The notes under the pieces were generated by a model. It did no database searches and had not been told where the DNA came from. It worked only from the letters and a program-made list of their open reading frames with translations. Of a DNA stretch of 64,000 bases, positions 10,238 through 19,368 are shown one piece after another (the first letter of the stretch is position 1; each line of letters begins with the position of its first letter). The position numbers were made by a program, and so were the translations under genes. This stretch comes from an uncultured delta proteobacterium (GTDB lineage Bacteria; Desulfobacterota; Desulfobacteria; Desulfobacterales; B30-G6): NCBI GenBank assembly GCA_963823335.1, contig CAWGLD010000001.1, positions 1,248,001-1,312,000 of the forward strand, given 5' to 3'.

Positions 10238-11218
10238 TTATTTTTTGCCATTGCCTCCTGCAGCACCACCGGAACCGCCGCCCTTGGAATCTCCCATACC
10301 GCCAGCACCGCCGTTACCGGTGTCTGATCCGCTTTGCGAACCACCCGGGTCGCCGGTTGCGTTTCCAGAACCACTGCCAGCATTTCCGCTGCCACCGCCT
10401 TGATCAGCGCCTGATTGACCGGCATTGCCCTCACCGTTGTTGCCGTTGCCTTCATTCCAAGAGCCTGAATCTCCCGGGCTTTCCCCCTGGCTTATTTTAT
10501 GCGCGAACCGATTTGCCAGTTGATTTGGAGATGTCTGTTGTTGGGACTGGCTGGTGAAATTTGACCCTAACTGCTGCATTTCCCGGGCGGTAAATTGGTT
10601 TTGAAGTGCCTGAGAAACCACATGGGAGACATTGTTCGGATCGACACCCAGGCGGGCCATGACTCTTGCGGTCAAAAACGTCTGTAGACAAAGTTCATCG
10701 GCACTGTTTTGTGACATCTGGCGGGTGCGGGTCTGTAATTGTGCCATGACAGGTTGCATGTCTTTGTCCTGGAGGCCGGCTCCCATGCCCTGGGCAATAG
10801 ACAGTTCGAGACTGTTTTGCGTTTCTTCATCCGTTGTTAATTCACGTGCTTTCCGATATGCATAGGCATAACGCGACTGGGTCATTTTCATGGCCTGGAC
10901 AATGCGTTCATCTGGTTGGTTTTTGGCCATTCCCTCGAAAGCCTTGTCCATGACCGGCTCCACTGGAAGACCCGACTGCATTGTTTCCATGAGCGTGTTC
11001 TGGGCCTGGATGATGTGTCTTTCCTGGAAGCGATGCTGCAGCATGGCCCGGGTCAGCTGGGTTGCATCGTCTTGGGAGATGCCGGCCTGAACCATCTGGC
11101 GGGTGTTGTTTCTTATCTGAAGGCTGGTGTTTTTCGGCAGGGCATCGTCTATTTCATCCGCCCAGGCAGGACATACCCAAAACATCAGTGCCATCAGTAT
11201 CAATAGTGTCTTTTTCAT
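10238..11218 (-). CDS. Exported Gln/Met-rich helical protein with Gly/Asn/Ser low-complexity C-terminal tail
   Basis: Sec signal peptide (MKKTLLI...AWA); GGAGG RBS; own ECF-like promoter. Confidence 0.8.
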   Translation of the reverse strand: MKKTLLILMALMFWVCPAWADEIDDALPKNTSLQIRNNTRQMVQAGISQDDATQLTRAMLQHRFQERHIIQAQNTLMETMQSGLPVEPVMDKAFEGMAKNQPDERIVQAMKMTQSRYAYAYRKARELTTDEETQNSLELSIAQGMGAGLQDKDMQPVMAQLQTRTRQMSQNSADELCLQTFLTARVMARLGVDPNNVSHVVSQALQNQFTAREMQQLGSNFTSQSQQQTSPNQLANRFAHKISQGESPGDSGSWNEGNGNNGEGNAGQSGADQGGGSGNAGSGSGNATGDPGGSQSGSDTGNGGAGGMGDSKGGGSGGAAGGNGKK

Positions 11219-11253
11219 TTTTTGCCTCCGTTGGTGTTGTGGTTTATGCCTTC

Positions 11254-11281
11254 ATAACGGATGGGACGGCAAAAGGTTACA
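11254..11281 (-). promoter_or_regulatory. Putative ECF sigma promoter, copy 1
   Basis: TGTAACC-N15-CGTTAT, same boxes and spacing as the site at 12649-12676. Confidence 0.75.
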
Positions 11282-11603
11282 GGTCCGGTATAAAAATGCA
11301 GTTTTCAAATCCAAAATCATCTTTCTCTCTATATGGGCAATCCGGTATAATCGGCTGATCGTCGGTGATAAAAAAATACGTGAATTCCTGGTCGGCAGGA
11401 AGGGGTATGCACCAGGCGTTTTTGGAATGCCGGGTTAACGAGTGACGCTGAAATCCGTCCAGGGAACTCGCGAAGAACGCCGTCTGGCTGGTGGTATCTT
11501 TCAGGCATAGATAAACCTGATTGCCTTTGACTTTTTGATAAGGCATGGCGCAGCCCCCAAGAGCCCATAAGGTGAGGAGCATGGAGAGGACCAGTCTTTT
11601 CAT
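11277..11603 (-). CDS. Lipoprotein with AMPK-beta/CBM48-like domain
   Basis: Lipobox LGGC; FASSLDGF...YFFITDD...PDCPYREKDDFGFENC resembles the CBM domain of the upstream gene. Confidence 0.7.
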   Translation of the reverse strand: MKRLVLSMLLTLWALGGCAMPYQKVKGNQVYLCLKDTTSQTAFFASSLDGFQRHSLTRHSKNAWCIPLPADQEFTYFFITDDQPIIPDCPYREKDDFGFENCIFIPDL

Positions 11604-12163
11604 ACCGCGTTTCCAACCAAGAGGACCGAATTTTGACCGCCGAAGTCATCCTGTTCCCTGGTCAATATGGTAGGGTCGGGAAAACTTTCCCGCCCGTTCA
11701 ATACATAGCTGAATCGGTGCTCACCTTCCGGCAGCGCCAGTACGATTTCCCAGTATCCGCTGTTCCCCACAGCTTGCATGGGAACCCTTTGCCAGTCTGT
11801 AAAACTGCCGGTAATTTCTGCACGGGTAACATCCGGTCGATAAATGACAAATCGATTTGGCTGAAGGTTGATTGGAGGAGACCACAGCATAAGAATCAAA
11901 ACAGCGACAACTGCAGCCAGGGATGCCGGTATAAGACGTTTAGGTTGTACCACAAAAGCCCGTATCTTTTCCCATGCCGTTATGCTTGCAAAGGTGCTGT
12001 CCGGAATTTGTCTGACGACTTCTCCTCGAATGAGCATTTCCTGTTTCAATAATAGGAGTGCGTCATCCGCTGTCGAGGGATCGTTTTTAAGATGACGGAC
12101 AAAAGAAATTTTATCCTCTATGGTCATTTCGTCATCGATGAACAGACTGTTTAAATGGTCCAT
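11600..12163 (-). CDS. Anti-sigma-like membrane protein with C-terminal glycogen-binding (CBM48/AMPK1_CBM) domain
   Basis: N-terminal SLFIDDEM anti-sigma-like helix, one TM segment, GSFTDW...YW...GEHRFSYVLNG...PDP...DDFGGQNSV. Confidence 0.82.
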   Translation of the reverse strand: MDHLNSLFIDDEMTIEDKISFVRHLKNDPSTADDALLLLKQEMLIRGEVVRQIPDSTFASITAWEKIRAFVVQPKRLIPASLAAVVAVLILMLWSPPINLQPNRFVIYRPDVTRAEITGSFTDWQRVPMQAVGNSGYWEIVLALPEGEHRFSYVLNGRESFPDPTILTREQDDFGGQNSVLLVGNAV

Positions 12164-12164
12164 T

Positions 12165-12638
12165 TTATACCTCGTTCTTCAGGATTGATTTTAGCTTAAT
12201 CCGGGCTCGATGAATTTTAATTTTGACATTCGCTTCACTGATTCCAACGATTCCGGCAATATCCCGGTAGGTTAAATTGCTGCTGATTTTCAAATTTAGA
12301 ATATCCTGCTCCATGGGTTCAAGGCCCTGCAGGGCTTTCAACACCTCACGGTAGGTTTCTCTGACCATTAAATCATGTTCGTGATCTTGAGCACCATGGT
12401 CTTCTGTTAAGGTCTGCCGTTTTCCGTCGCGACATTTACGCTTTTCATCAATTAGTGCATTTCTGGCAATCTTGAAAAGCAGGGCTTTGCACCAGACACT
12501 TGATCCATAGCGGTCCAAAAGACGTGTGAAACTCTCCTGTTGTATGTCCGATGCCAGATAGTAGTCACCGGTCATGCGCATGAGATACGCGAACAAGCTG
12601 TTCTTGTGTTCGATATAAAATTGATTGAAGACCTTCAC
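12165..12638 (-). CDS. ECF-type RNA polymerase sigma-70 factor
   Basis: Region 2 (DIQQESF...LFKIARN) and region 4 (LTYRDIA...NVKIKIHRAR). Confidence 0.92.
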   Translation of the reverse strand: MKVFNQFYIEHKNSLFAYLMRMTGDYYLASDIQQESFTRLLDRYGSSVWCKALLFKIARNALIDEKRKCRDGKRQTLTEDHGAQDHEHDLMVRETYREVLKALQGLEPMEQDILNLKISSNLTYRDIAGIVGISEANVKIKIHRARIKLKSILKNEV

Positions 12639-12648
12639 CTTGAATCCA

Positions 12649-12676
12649 ATAACGTTTCAACGATAAAAAGGTTACA
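12649..12676 (-). promoter_or_regulatory. Putative autoregulated ECF promoter, copy 2
   Basis: TGTAACC-N15-CGTTAT, 10 nt upstream of the sigma GTG. Confidence 0.75.
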
Positions 12677-12679
12677 AAA

Positions 12680-12726
12680 ACAAATTAAGAGGTCAGGTTT
12701 CCAGGCAACCTGACCTCTTAATTTGT
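12680..12726 (-). terminator. Intrinsic terminator downstream of prfB
   Basis: Perfect 20-bp stem ACAAATTAAGAGGTCAGGTT, 7-nt loop. Confidence 0.8.
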
Positions 12727-12831
12727 ATCGTAAAAAAGATAGCATACACCTGGGGGAATATCCAGACAATGGCGCTATCGCTACTATATTGCATATAATA
12801 ACAAATAATTATCTATGTTTTGCCCTGTTGT

Positions 12832-13948
12832 TTATGCAACGATAGGGTCTATTTTTTTGCGCGATAGCAGGACCTTTTCGATGAAGGGGTCGATGTCACC
12901 ATCCAGGACGGCGTTGATATTTCCGATGTCGAGATTCACCCGATGATCCTTGACCATCTGGTATGGATGCAGCACATAAGACCGAATCTGGTTGCCCCAT
13001 GCAATGTCATCTTTATTCTGGTGAAGTTTCTGCTTTTTTTCTTCCTGCTTCTGCTTCTCAGCCTGATAAAGGCGTGACATCAATACCTTCATGGCCATTT
13101 CCCTGTTGCGGTGCTGCGATTTTTCTTGCTGGCACTGGACGACAATTCCTGTGGGCAGGTGGGTGATACGGACGGCGCTGCTGGTTTTATTGACGTGCTG
13201 CCCCCCGGCGCCACTTGCACGGTAAACGTCGATCCTCAGCTCTTTGTCTTCGATGTCTATGGAGATGTTGCTGTCAAGTTCAGGGTAGACAAAGACGGAA
13301 GCAAAGGATGTATGACGTTTGCCGCTGGCGTTAAAAGGCGAAATACGGACCAGTCGATGCACGCCACTTTCTGAACGCATGTAACCAAAGGCATATTCTC
13401 CCGTAGCCGTAAAAGTGACGCCTTTGATTCCGGCTTCATCGCCGGGCTGGTAATCGATCACATCGAGTTTATAGCCTTTTCTTTCGACCCAGCGTGTGTA
13501 CATTCTGAAGAGCATTTCAGCCCAGTCCTGTGCTTCGGTACCGCCGGCACCCGCATTGATGGAAACAATGGCGTTCTTTTCATCGTCCTCCCCATCCAAC
13601 ATAAGTTTTAGCGAAAGGGCCCTGGCCCGGGCCTGGATATCGGCGATGGACCGGGTTACCTCGTTGACGGTTTTTTCATCAGATTCTTCCACGGCGAGGT
13701 CTATCAGGATATCACACTCTTCCAGATCTGATTTCAGGTTGGTGTAGATCTTAATTTGTTCTGTAAGGGACGTGCGTTCTTTCAATATTGAGGTCGTGCT
13801 GTCGTGATTGTCCCAAAACCCATTGCCAGCCATGGTGGTTTCGATTTCTTTGAGACGTTTTTCTTTTCCTTCTATGTCAAAGATAGTCTTTCAGGTTTTC
13901 CAGCTGCAGTTCCAGATCTTCAATGGCCTGTTTTAATTCGAGTGACAT
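12832..13948 (-). CDS. prfB: Peptide chain release factor 2 with programmed +1 frameshift
   Basis: ATG 13948 after AGGAGG; 23 codons to CTT TGA C (13882-13876); +1 frame carries the SPF and GGQ motifs. Confidence 0.97.
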
Positions 13949-13960
13949 AATTGTTTCCTC

Positions 13961-15541
13961 CTAAACTTTTTGTGATCGATTTGATCTGGTTTGTTTTGCC
14001 CGCAGCATGATAACAATCGCGACGAGAATACAAGAAACAGCGAACATGTCTCCAAAACGGACATAGTGGGTCTGCCCGCTCATTAAGGGAATGTCTTCTC
14101 CTATACTAGCATCTTCAAAAAGAGCTGTCTCTGAAACGATTCTCCCAATCGGATCGATAAAGCCGCTGATACCGGTGTTGGCGGATCTTACAAGCGCCCT
14201 TCGTGTTTCAACGGTCCTGAAAACCGCCATGGAAAAATGTTGATAGGGGGCACTTGTGGTGCCATACCAGGCATCATTTGTAATGTTGATGAGCAGCTCG
14301 GCTCCGTTTTGTACGGCGGCTCGCGACAGATACGGAAAGATGAGTTCGTAACAAATCAGTGCCCCTATCTTATGTTTTCCCCAGTCGAGTGTGTCGCCGA
14401 CAGGTCCGGTGGAAAAATCCCCCACATGTTCGACCATTTTCCCCAGAAAGGGAAGCCATGGCTTCAAAGGAACATATTCGCCAAAAGGAACCAGGTGCGC
14501 TTTGTCGTAACTGTCGGTAATGACCCCATCGAAGCGGACCAGAAAGGCACGGTTGTAGTATTGAATCTGTTCCGCTTTCCGTTTATAGGCCGGACTTCCA
14601 AGCAGGGTATCTGTTGCGCCGGATTGAATCCCCTGGATAACTATTTTTGTCAGGGGTATGTGGTTGACAAAATAGAACGGCATGGCCGTTTCCGGCCAGA
14701 CAATGAGGTCCGGACGATTATTCGGCTCTGTTTTCGACAGTTGCAGATACTTCTCTATGGTCGATATCTGATATGCCGGGTCCCATTTCTTTGTCTGATC
14801 TATATTTCCCTGAACAATTGTGATTCTTTTATGTGGTGCCCGTGATATCCTGTCTTCCATGGTGGAAATTCGCCATGCACCATAGTACCAGACAGCCCCA
14901 ATTGTGACACCCACAATGACGGCACAGGTGAACAATTGTCTGAAGCCTATTTTTTGCCCCTGCCAATCCTGCCTGGTAGCATATTGATACAGGAGGAACA
15001 GCAAGCCATTTGACAGCGATATCAGAAAGGATATCCCGTAAACACCTACCATATCTGAAATCTGTATGATGTGCAACGCGTTATATTGCGTGTGGCCAAG
15101 GAGTTCCCAGGGGAATCCACTGAAAAGGAAAGACCGCATAAATTCAAGAGAAACCCATAGCGTCGGTACTGAAAAAAACAGCGCGGTCATAGACATGCCA
15201 ATGCATGTGAGAGCCATTGAGAATAGTCCGATATAGATTGCCAAATATAATGACAAAAGCAAGAGGATGCCTGTGCTGATGGCTATCGGGAACGGGCCAT
15301 AGGTGTTCAGGAAGGGCACGAACCAGTACAAAAGGGTCAGATAGTGAACAACTCCGGTTAGAAGGCCAAGTCCAAAGCCATGCAAGGCAGACAGGTTTCT
15401 CAATGCAGCCAATAAAGGAACCAGGGCGAACCAGGCCACGGAGCTGTTTCCGAGAACGGGAAAAGATGCCGTCAGCAACAGGCCGCTCAAGCAGGCGTAT
15501 GTCAAGCGAGTGATCGTTACAGGTTGCTTTAAGCGGGTCAT
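13961..15541 (-). CDS. lnt: Apolipoprotein N-acyltransferase
   Basis: GFPW, VQGNI, WPETA, KAHLVPFGEY, ICYE, TNDAW, RSANTGIS. Confidence 0.96.
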   Translation of the reverse strand: MTRLKQPVTITRLTYACLSGLLLTASFPVLGNSSVAWFALVPLLAALRNLSALHGFGLGLLTGVVHYLTLLYWFVPFLNTYGPFPIAISTGILLLLSLYLAIYIGLFSMALTCIGMSMTALFFSVPTLWVSLEFMRSFLFSGFPWELLGHTQYNALHIIQISDMVGVYGISFLISLSNGLLFLLYQYATRQDWQGQKIGFRQLFTCAVIVGVTIGAVWYYGAWRISTMEDRISRAPHKRITIVQGNIDQTKKWDPAYQISTIEKYLQLSKTEPNNRPDLIVWPETAMPFYFVNHIPLTKIVIQGIQSGATDTLLGSPAYKRKAEQIQYYNRAFLVRFDGVITDSYDKAHLVPFGEYVPLKPWLPFLGKMVEHVGDFSTGPVGDTLDWGKHKIGALICYELIFPYLSRAAVQNGAELLINITNDAWYGTTSAPYQHFSMAVFRTVETRRALVRSANTGISGFIDPIGRIVSETALFEDASIGEDIPLMSGQTHYVRFGDMFAVSCILVAIVIMLRAKQTRSNRSQKV

Positions 15542-15566
15542 GTTGTTTGTTTAAACCTCTTGTTAG

Positions 15567-15738
15567 TAGAAGCCATCTCAAAAAAGTTTTTTGGCCCAAT
15601 TTCTGTGTTGGTCCCTTGCTTCAACTCCTCGGAACGCTACAGTATGCCTGCGGGTTGACGTTCGGGCCCGTCTTGAACTTGACGAAGATCCCGCTCTTTT
15701 TGCGGGGAACCAAAACCCATTTTTTGAGATGACTTCTG
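15567..15738 (+). mobile_element. MITE-like element, family A copy 1
   Basis: TIRs TAGAAGCCATCTCAAAAAA / TTTTTTGAGATGACTTCTG; close inverted copy at 34615-34811. Confidence 0.8.
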
Positions 15739-16030
15739 ATTTTACCGGTCTTCAGGGCGACAACGACCTGTTTCATGAGATCGTGTAGCGATTCTGTGAC
15801 CGGAAACAGTATGCTCTGGCTGGATATTCAGATACATTTTCTAAGGCAAATTATCAATACTTCTGATGGTATTTCTCCTATTGACCTCCTGGGTACAATA
15901 AATTAAGATATATAAAATATTAATCATATTTTTATTCCAGTCTCATGCCGCAGCAATGGTTTTGACTGGGTACACTGTATTGGGCTCTTGTTTCAACGCC
16001 TCACGATTCTATTCTTTAAGGGGATTTCAG

Positions 16031-16501
16031 ATGATGAATTCAGAAGAAGAATTGGAACGGTATCGTACCATTGGTCGCCTTGTTGAACTGATTTATAAAA
16101 TACCCACAGGCCGTTTAAAATCGTTTCTGGGACAGCTGGAAAAAGAGATATCCGACAAAGGTGTTGGTGAAAGTGAGCGGAGGCATGTCCGCGTAGACTG
16201 TTTTGTCCGTGTTGATTACACCGATTCGGAAAGGATTTTTAAAGACTATATTGAAGATATCAGCACGAGTGGTGTTTTCATCAAGTCCCGAGAATCTTTT
16301 TCCGTTGGGGAGGAGATCGTTCTATCCATGTCGCTTTCCAAGGAAGGGAGTGCGTTCAAGATACCGGCTACTGTTGTTCGTGCAGCCCCGGATGGCATCG
16401 GTGTCAGGTTTAAGACCACAAGCCAGGTGCAGGAAGCCATCATTGAATCATTGATAGAGAGCATCAACGCGCAAAAAGAGCATGCGCCAATGAGTCATTA
16501 A
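16031..16501 (+). CDS. PilZ domain protein (c-di-GMP receptor)
   Basis: ERRHVR (RxxxR) and DISTSG (D/NxSxxG) motifs. Confidence 0.88.
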   Translation: MMNSEEELERYRTIGRLVELIYKIPTGRLKSFLGQLEKEISDKGVGESERRHVRVDCFVRVDYTDSERIFKDYIEDISTSGVFIKSRESFSVGEEIVLSMSLSKEGSAFKIPATVVRAAPDGIGVRFKTTSQVQEAIIESLIESINAQKEHAPMSH

Positions 16502-16527
16502 ATCCATTCGTATAAGAAGACATTGTT

Positions 16528-16863
16528 ATGCATAGTAAAAATGTAACCCAGGCAGATATTGACTGGGAGAACCGAACGTTGTGTTTGGATGAGAGTTGTA
16601 TCGGTGTGATCGGCCCGGATGGCCGCTGCAAGGAATGCGGCAAGACGTATGAAGGCTATGAACATGGAACAGCCGATTCAGCCGATATAGTGGAGACAGA
16701 CGTTCTCGATGAAAGCGATCTCGAGGATGCGGATCCGGTTGAAGTCGAATTTGATACGGATTGGGAGAGCCGAACATTGTGTGTCGATGAAAGCTGCATC
16801 GGTGTGGTCGGTCCGGATGGTCGATGTAAAGAATGTGGGAAACCCTACGGGGAAAAGGGATAG
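16528..16863 (+). CDS. Small acidic protein with duplicated 4-Cys motif
   Basis: DWExRTLCxDESCIGVxGPDGRCKECGK twice, with mostly synonymous DNA differences. Confidence 0.85.
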   Translation: MHSKNVTQADIDWENRTLCLDESCIGVIGPDGRCKECGKTYEGYEHGTADSADIVETDVLDESDLEDADPVEVEFDTDWESRTLCVDESCIGVVGPDGRCKECGKPYGEKG

Positions 16864-16870
16864 ACCCCGT

Positions 16871-16948
16871 TTGAACCGCAACCGCGAGCGCATTCCCCGT
16901 AGGTTCTGCCGTCCGGCAGTGGTTCGCATTCTGCGGGGTTCTTCAATA
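16871..16948 (+). repeat. Palindromic repeat, family B copy 1
   Basis: TTGAACCG...GCGAGCG...CCCCGTAG...CTGCGGGG...CTTCAATA; 68/78 identical to the reverse complement of 19235-19312 by manual alignment. Confidence 0.8.
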
Positions 16949-16994
16949 GAACGTTGAAAAAGAAACCTTGCTACCGACAGGGGAGGTGTTTGAA

Positions 16995-17414
16995 ATGCTC
17001 AGACTGGGATCAAAACCAGAAAATATGAGAGAAATGGAACTGGATGATATTTTTATCTCAAGGCTTCAGCTTCTTATCATCATGACCAAGTCATATTTGA
17101 ACAAATATCCCCTGGGCAATTATCGTGAACGTAGTATCCTGGAAAATGCTGAGTTTGTAAAAGTCGACGCTGTGGGATTGGCAGAGGATATCGCATTTTT
17201 TGGATGGGATGATGCGTCTCATAACGGATTGAAATTCGAGCCGGTTTTCTATCAGAGGGTTAAATTGCTGGCGGTCATGGCTGAGGCTTTTGCCAAAGGG
17301 CATTCTCTAGAAGAGCATAAACAGGAGGCCCTCGAGAAAAATCTGAATACGATTTGTGAGACCATCACTTTCAGTAAAACCATCAGTGATATGCAGTTTC
17401 TAAAAGTTGCGTGA
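16995..17414 (+). CDS. Hypothetical protein
   Basis: GGGAGG RBS before ATG 16995; two weakly similar halves (RLQLLIIM...YPLG / RVKLLAVM...HSLE). Confidence 0.7.
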   Translation: MLRLGSKPENMREMELDDIFISRLQLLIIMTKSYLNKYPLGNYRERSILENAEFVKVDAVGLAEDIAFFGWDDASHNGLKFEPVFYQRVKLLAVMAEAFAKGHSLEEHKQEALEKNLNTICETITFSKTISDMQFLKVA

Positions 17415-17823
17415 GGCTACCATTATAGCAAACGTGAAAATAGCCGTTATCGATGAAGATGTCATCGTCAGAGACTTTGTTGTCAGTACGTTAATGTACA
17501 GTGTCAACAGAGAGGTTCTGACCTTCGACAACGGGTTTGATGCCTGGGTTTATTTTGAGGAAAATGGCTTTCCCGATATGGTCATTGCGGATGTCAACCT
17601 GCAGGAAATTGACGGCCTTGCACTGGTGTCCAAGATAAAAGAAGCCAATCCAGGAACCGTCGTTGTGCTTTTCTCAGATTCGCCGGGAAATGAATCAAAG
17701 GCGAGGGAAAAGGGAGCTGATGCATTTTTAGCAAAACCATTCGGCGTCAATGAACTATTCAATCTGGTCCAGACCTATGTGGTCGAACAGGACCCTGCCG
17801 GTGCTCCTTCCACTCCCGCTTAA
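17407..17823 (+). CDS. Stand-alone response-regulator receiver protein
   Basis: IDED, ADVNL (phospho-Asp), DGL, AKPF; the start may instead be GTG 17434. Confidence 0.88.
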   Translation: MREATIIANVKIAVIDEDVIVRDFVVSTLMYSVNREVLTFDNGFDAWVYFEENGFPDMVIADVNLQEIDGLALVSKIKEANPGTVVVLFSDSPGNESKAREKGADAFLAKPFGVNELFNLVQTYVVEQDPAGAPSTPA

Positions 17824-17861
17824 AAACTAAACTGAGCGTTTCAAAAAAATTCAAGAAGTAA

Positions 17862-17946
17862 AAGATTCCTCCTAGTCGGGCTCAAACCACGAGGAATCTT
17901 CTGCGCCAGGCAGAACCCACGGGGTTAGCGTTCGCTGTTGCGGTTC
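17862..17946 (-). repeat. Family B repeat copy 2 with appended hairpin
   Basis: Reverse complement GAACCGCAACAGCGAACGCTAACCCCGTGGGTTCTGCC; AAGATTCCTC...GAGGAATCTT stem. Confidence 0.65.
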
Positions 17947-17967
17947 TAATTCTCTTTGAGGCCATTC

Positions 17968-19212
17968 ATGTCTGTTTTACAGCACGAAGACCCGAAAATC
18001 GCCACCTTGGTTCACAAGGAAGCGCGACGTTTGGAAGAAACACTCGATCTCATTGCGGCTGAGAATCACGCTCCCCCGGCCATCATGGAAGCCCTCGGAT
18101 CCATATTCAATACCAAAACCATCGAAGGGTATCCAGGCCGGCGATACCATGCTGGTTGTATCAATGCAGATGCCGTAGAGCGTCTGGCGATTTCCAGGGC
18201 AAAAACACTTTTCAAGGCCGAGCATGCCAACGTGCAACCCCATAGCGGAACATCTGCCAATCTCGGGGTATATTTTTCAGTTCTTAATATCGGAGACAAA
18301 ATTCTGTCCATGGCGCTTTCACACGGAGGTCATCTTTCGCATGGTCATCCTGTTTCAATTGCCGGAAAGTGCTTTGAGATTCAACACTATGGTGTGGATC
18401 GAAAATCGGGATTGATCGATTATAAAGCATTAAGGTCTCTGGCTAAAACCTTTAAACCCAAAATGATTGTCGCGGGTGCCAGTTCATATCCGCGCTTGAT
18501 AGATTATGAAAAAATAGCTGCGGTAGCGGCATCGATCCAGGCATATTTTATGGTCGATATGGCTCATATTGGAGGCCTGGTGGCTGCCGGGGTAATTCCA
18601 AGCCCTGTTCCTGTTGCGGATTTTGTTACCTTGACATGTTATAAAACAATGATGGGCGGAAGAGGTGGCATCATTCTGTGTAGGAAGAAGTTTGCGAAAC
18701 AGATCGACAAATCCGTATTCCCCGGTTGTCAGGGGACCAGCGCCGTCAACAGTATTGCAGCCAAAGCGGTTATTTTGAAGATCGCCCAGGGAAAACCCTT
18801 TGTGGCCCTCCAAAAAAAAACCATCGATACCGCCCAGGACCTGTCTAGACGATTCATCAAGAAAGGGTACCGTGTTTTATCCAATGGAACCGATACCCAT
18901 CAGGTTATCATCGATGTCGCATCAAGGGGGCTTGATGCCGGCCTGGTGGAGAAAGCACTGGAAAGATCAAATATAATACTCAACAGAAATATCCTGCCAG
19001 GGGATGAGCAGAAGCCGGGTGCGATAAGTGGTATCCGCATGGGTACAGCTGCCATGGTTGCCCGGGGAATGGGAAAGGTGGAGGCCGGCATCGTTGCAGA
19101 TCTTATCCACAGAGTGATGACACATGCTACCCAGCCCCACGTGATTCTTGCGGTAAAAAAGGAAATAACTTTGTTGTGTCAACGATTTCCGGTCTACCAG
19201 GTCACGGTGTAA
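17968..19212 (+). CDS. glyA: Serine hydroxymethyltransferase family protein (divergent)
   Basis: LIAAEN, EGYPGRRY, NVQPHSG, HGGHLSHG, DMAHIGGL; PLP-lysine motif altered to TCYKT. Confidence 0.85.
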   Translation: MSVLQHEDPKIATLVHKEARRLEETLDLIAAENHAPPAIMEALGSIFNTKTIEGYPGRRYHAGCINADAVERLAISRAKTLFKAEHANVQPHSGTSANLGVYFSVLNIGDKILSMALSHGGHLSHGHPVSIAGKCFEIQHYGVDRKSGLIDYKALRSLAKTFKPKMIVAGASSYPRLIDYEKIAAVAASIQAYFMVDMAHIGGLVAAGVIPSPVPVADFVTLTCYKTMMGGRGGIILCRKKFAKQIDKSVFPGCQGTSAVNSIAAKAVILKIAQGKPFVALQKKTIDTAQDLSRRFIKKGYRVLSNGTDTHQVIIDVASRGLDAGLVEKALERSNIILNRNILPGDEQKPGAISGIRMGTAAMVARGMGKVEAGIVADLIHRVMTHATQPHVILAVKKEITLLCQRFPVYQVTV

Positions 19213-19234
19213 GAGGCGACAGGATCGGTTCAGT

Positions 19235-19312
19235 TATTGAAGGATCCCGCAGCATGCGAAGCACTGCCAGACGGCAGAGCCTACGGGGGATGCGCTCGCT
19301 TTTTCGGTTCAA
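19235..19312 (-). repeat. Family B repeat copy 3
   Basis: Inverted near-copy of 16871-16948. Confidence 0.8.
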
Positions 19313-19368
19313 GCCGGTTGACTAACGGTCTTTTCTCGCATAATGAGTAGATAGATCACATTGATTGC

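Noticed and set aside
17862-17946. Possible glycine or ZTP riboswitch upstream of the glyA-like gene
   Set aside because: No aptamer consensus; the structure is explained by a family B repeat on the minus strand
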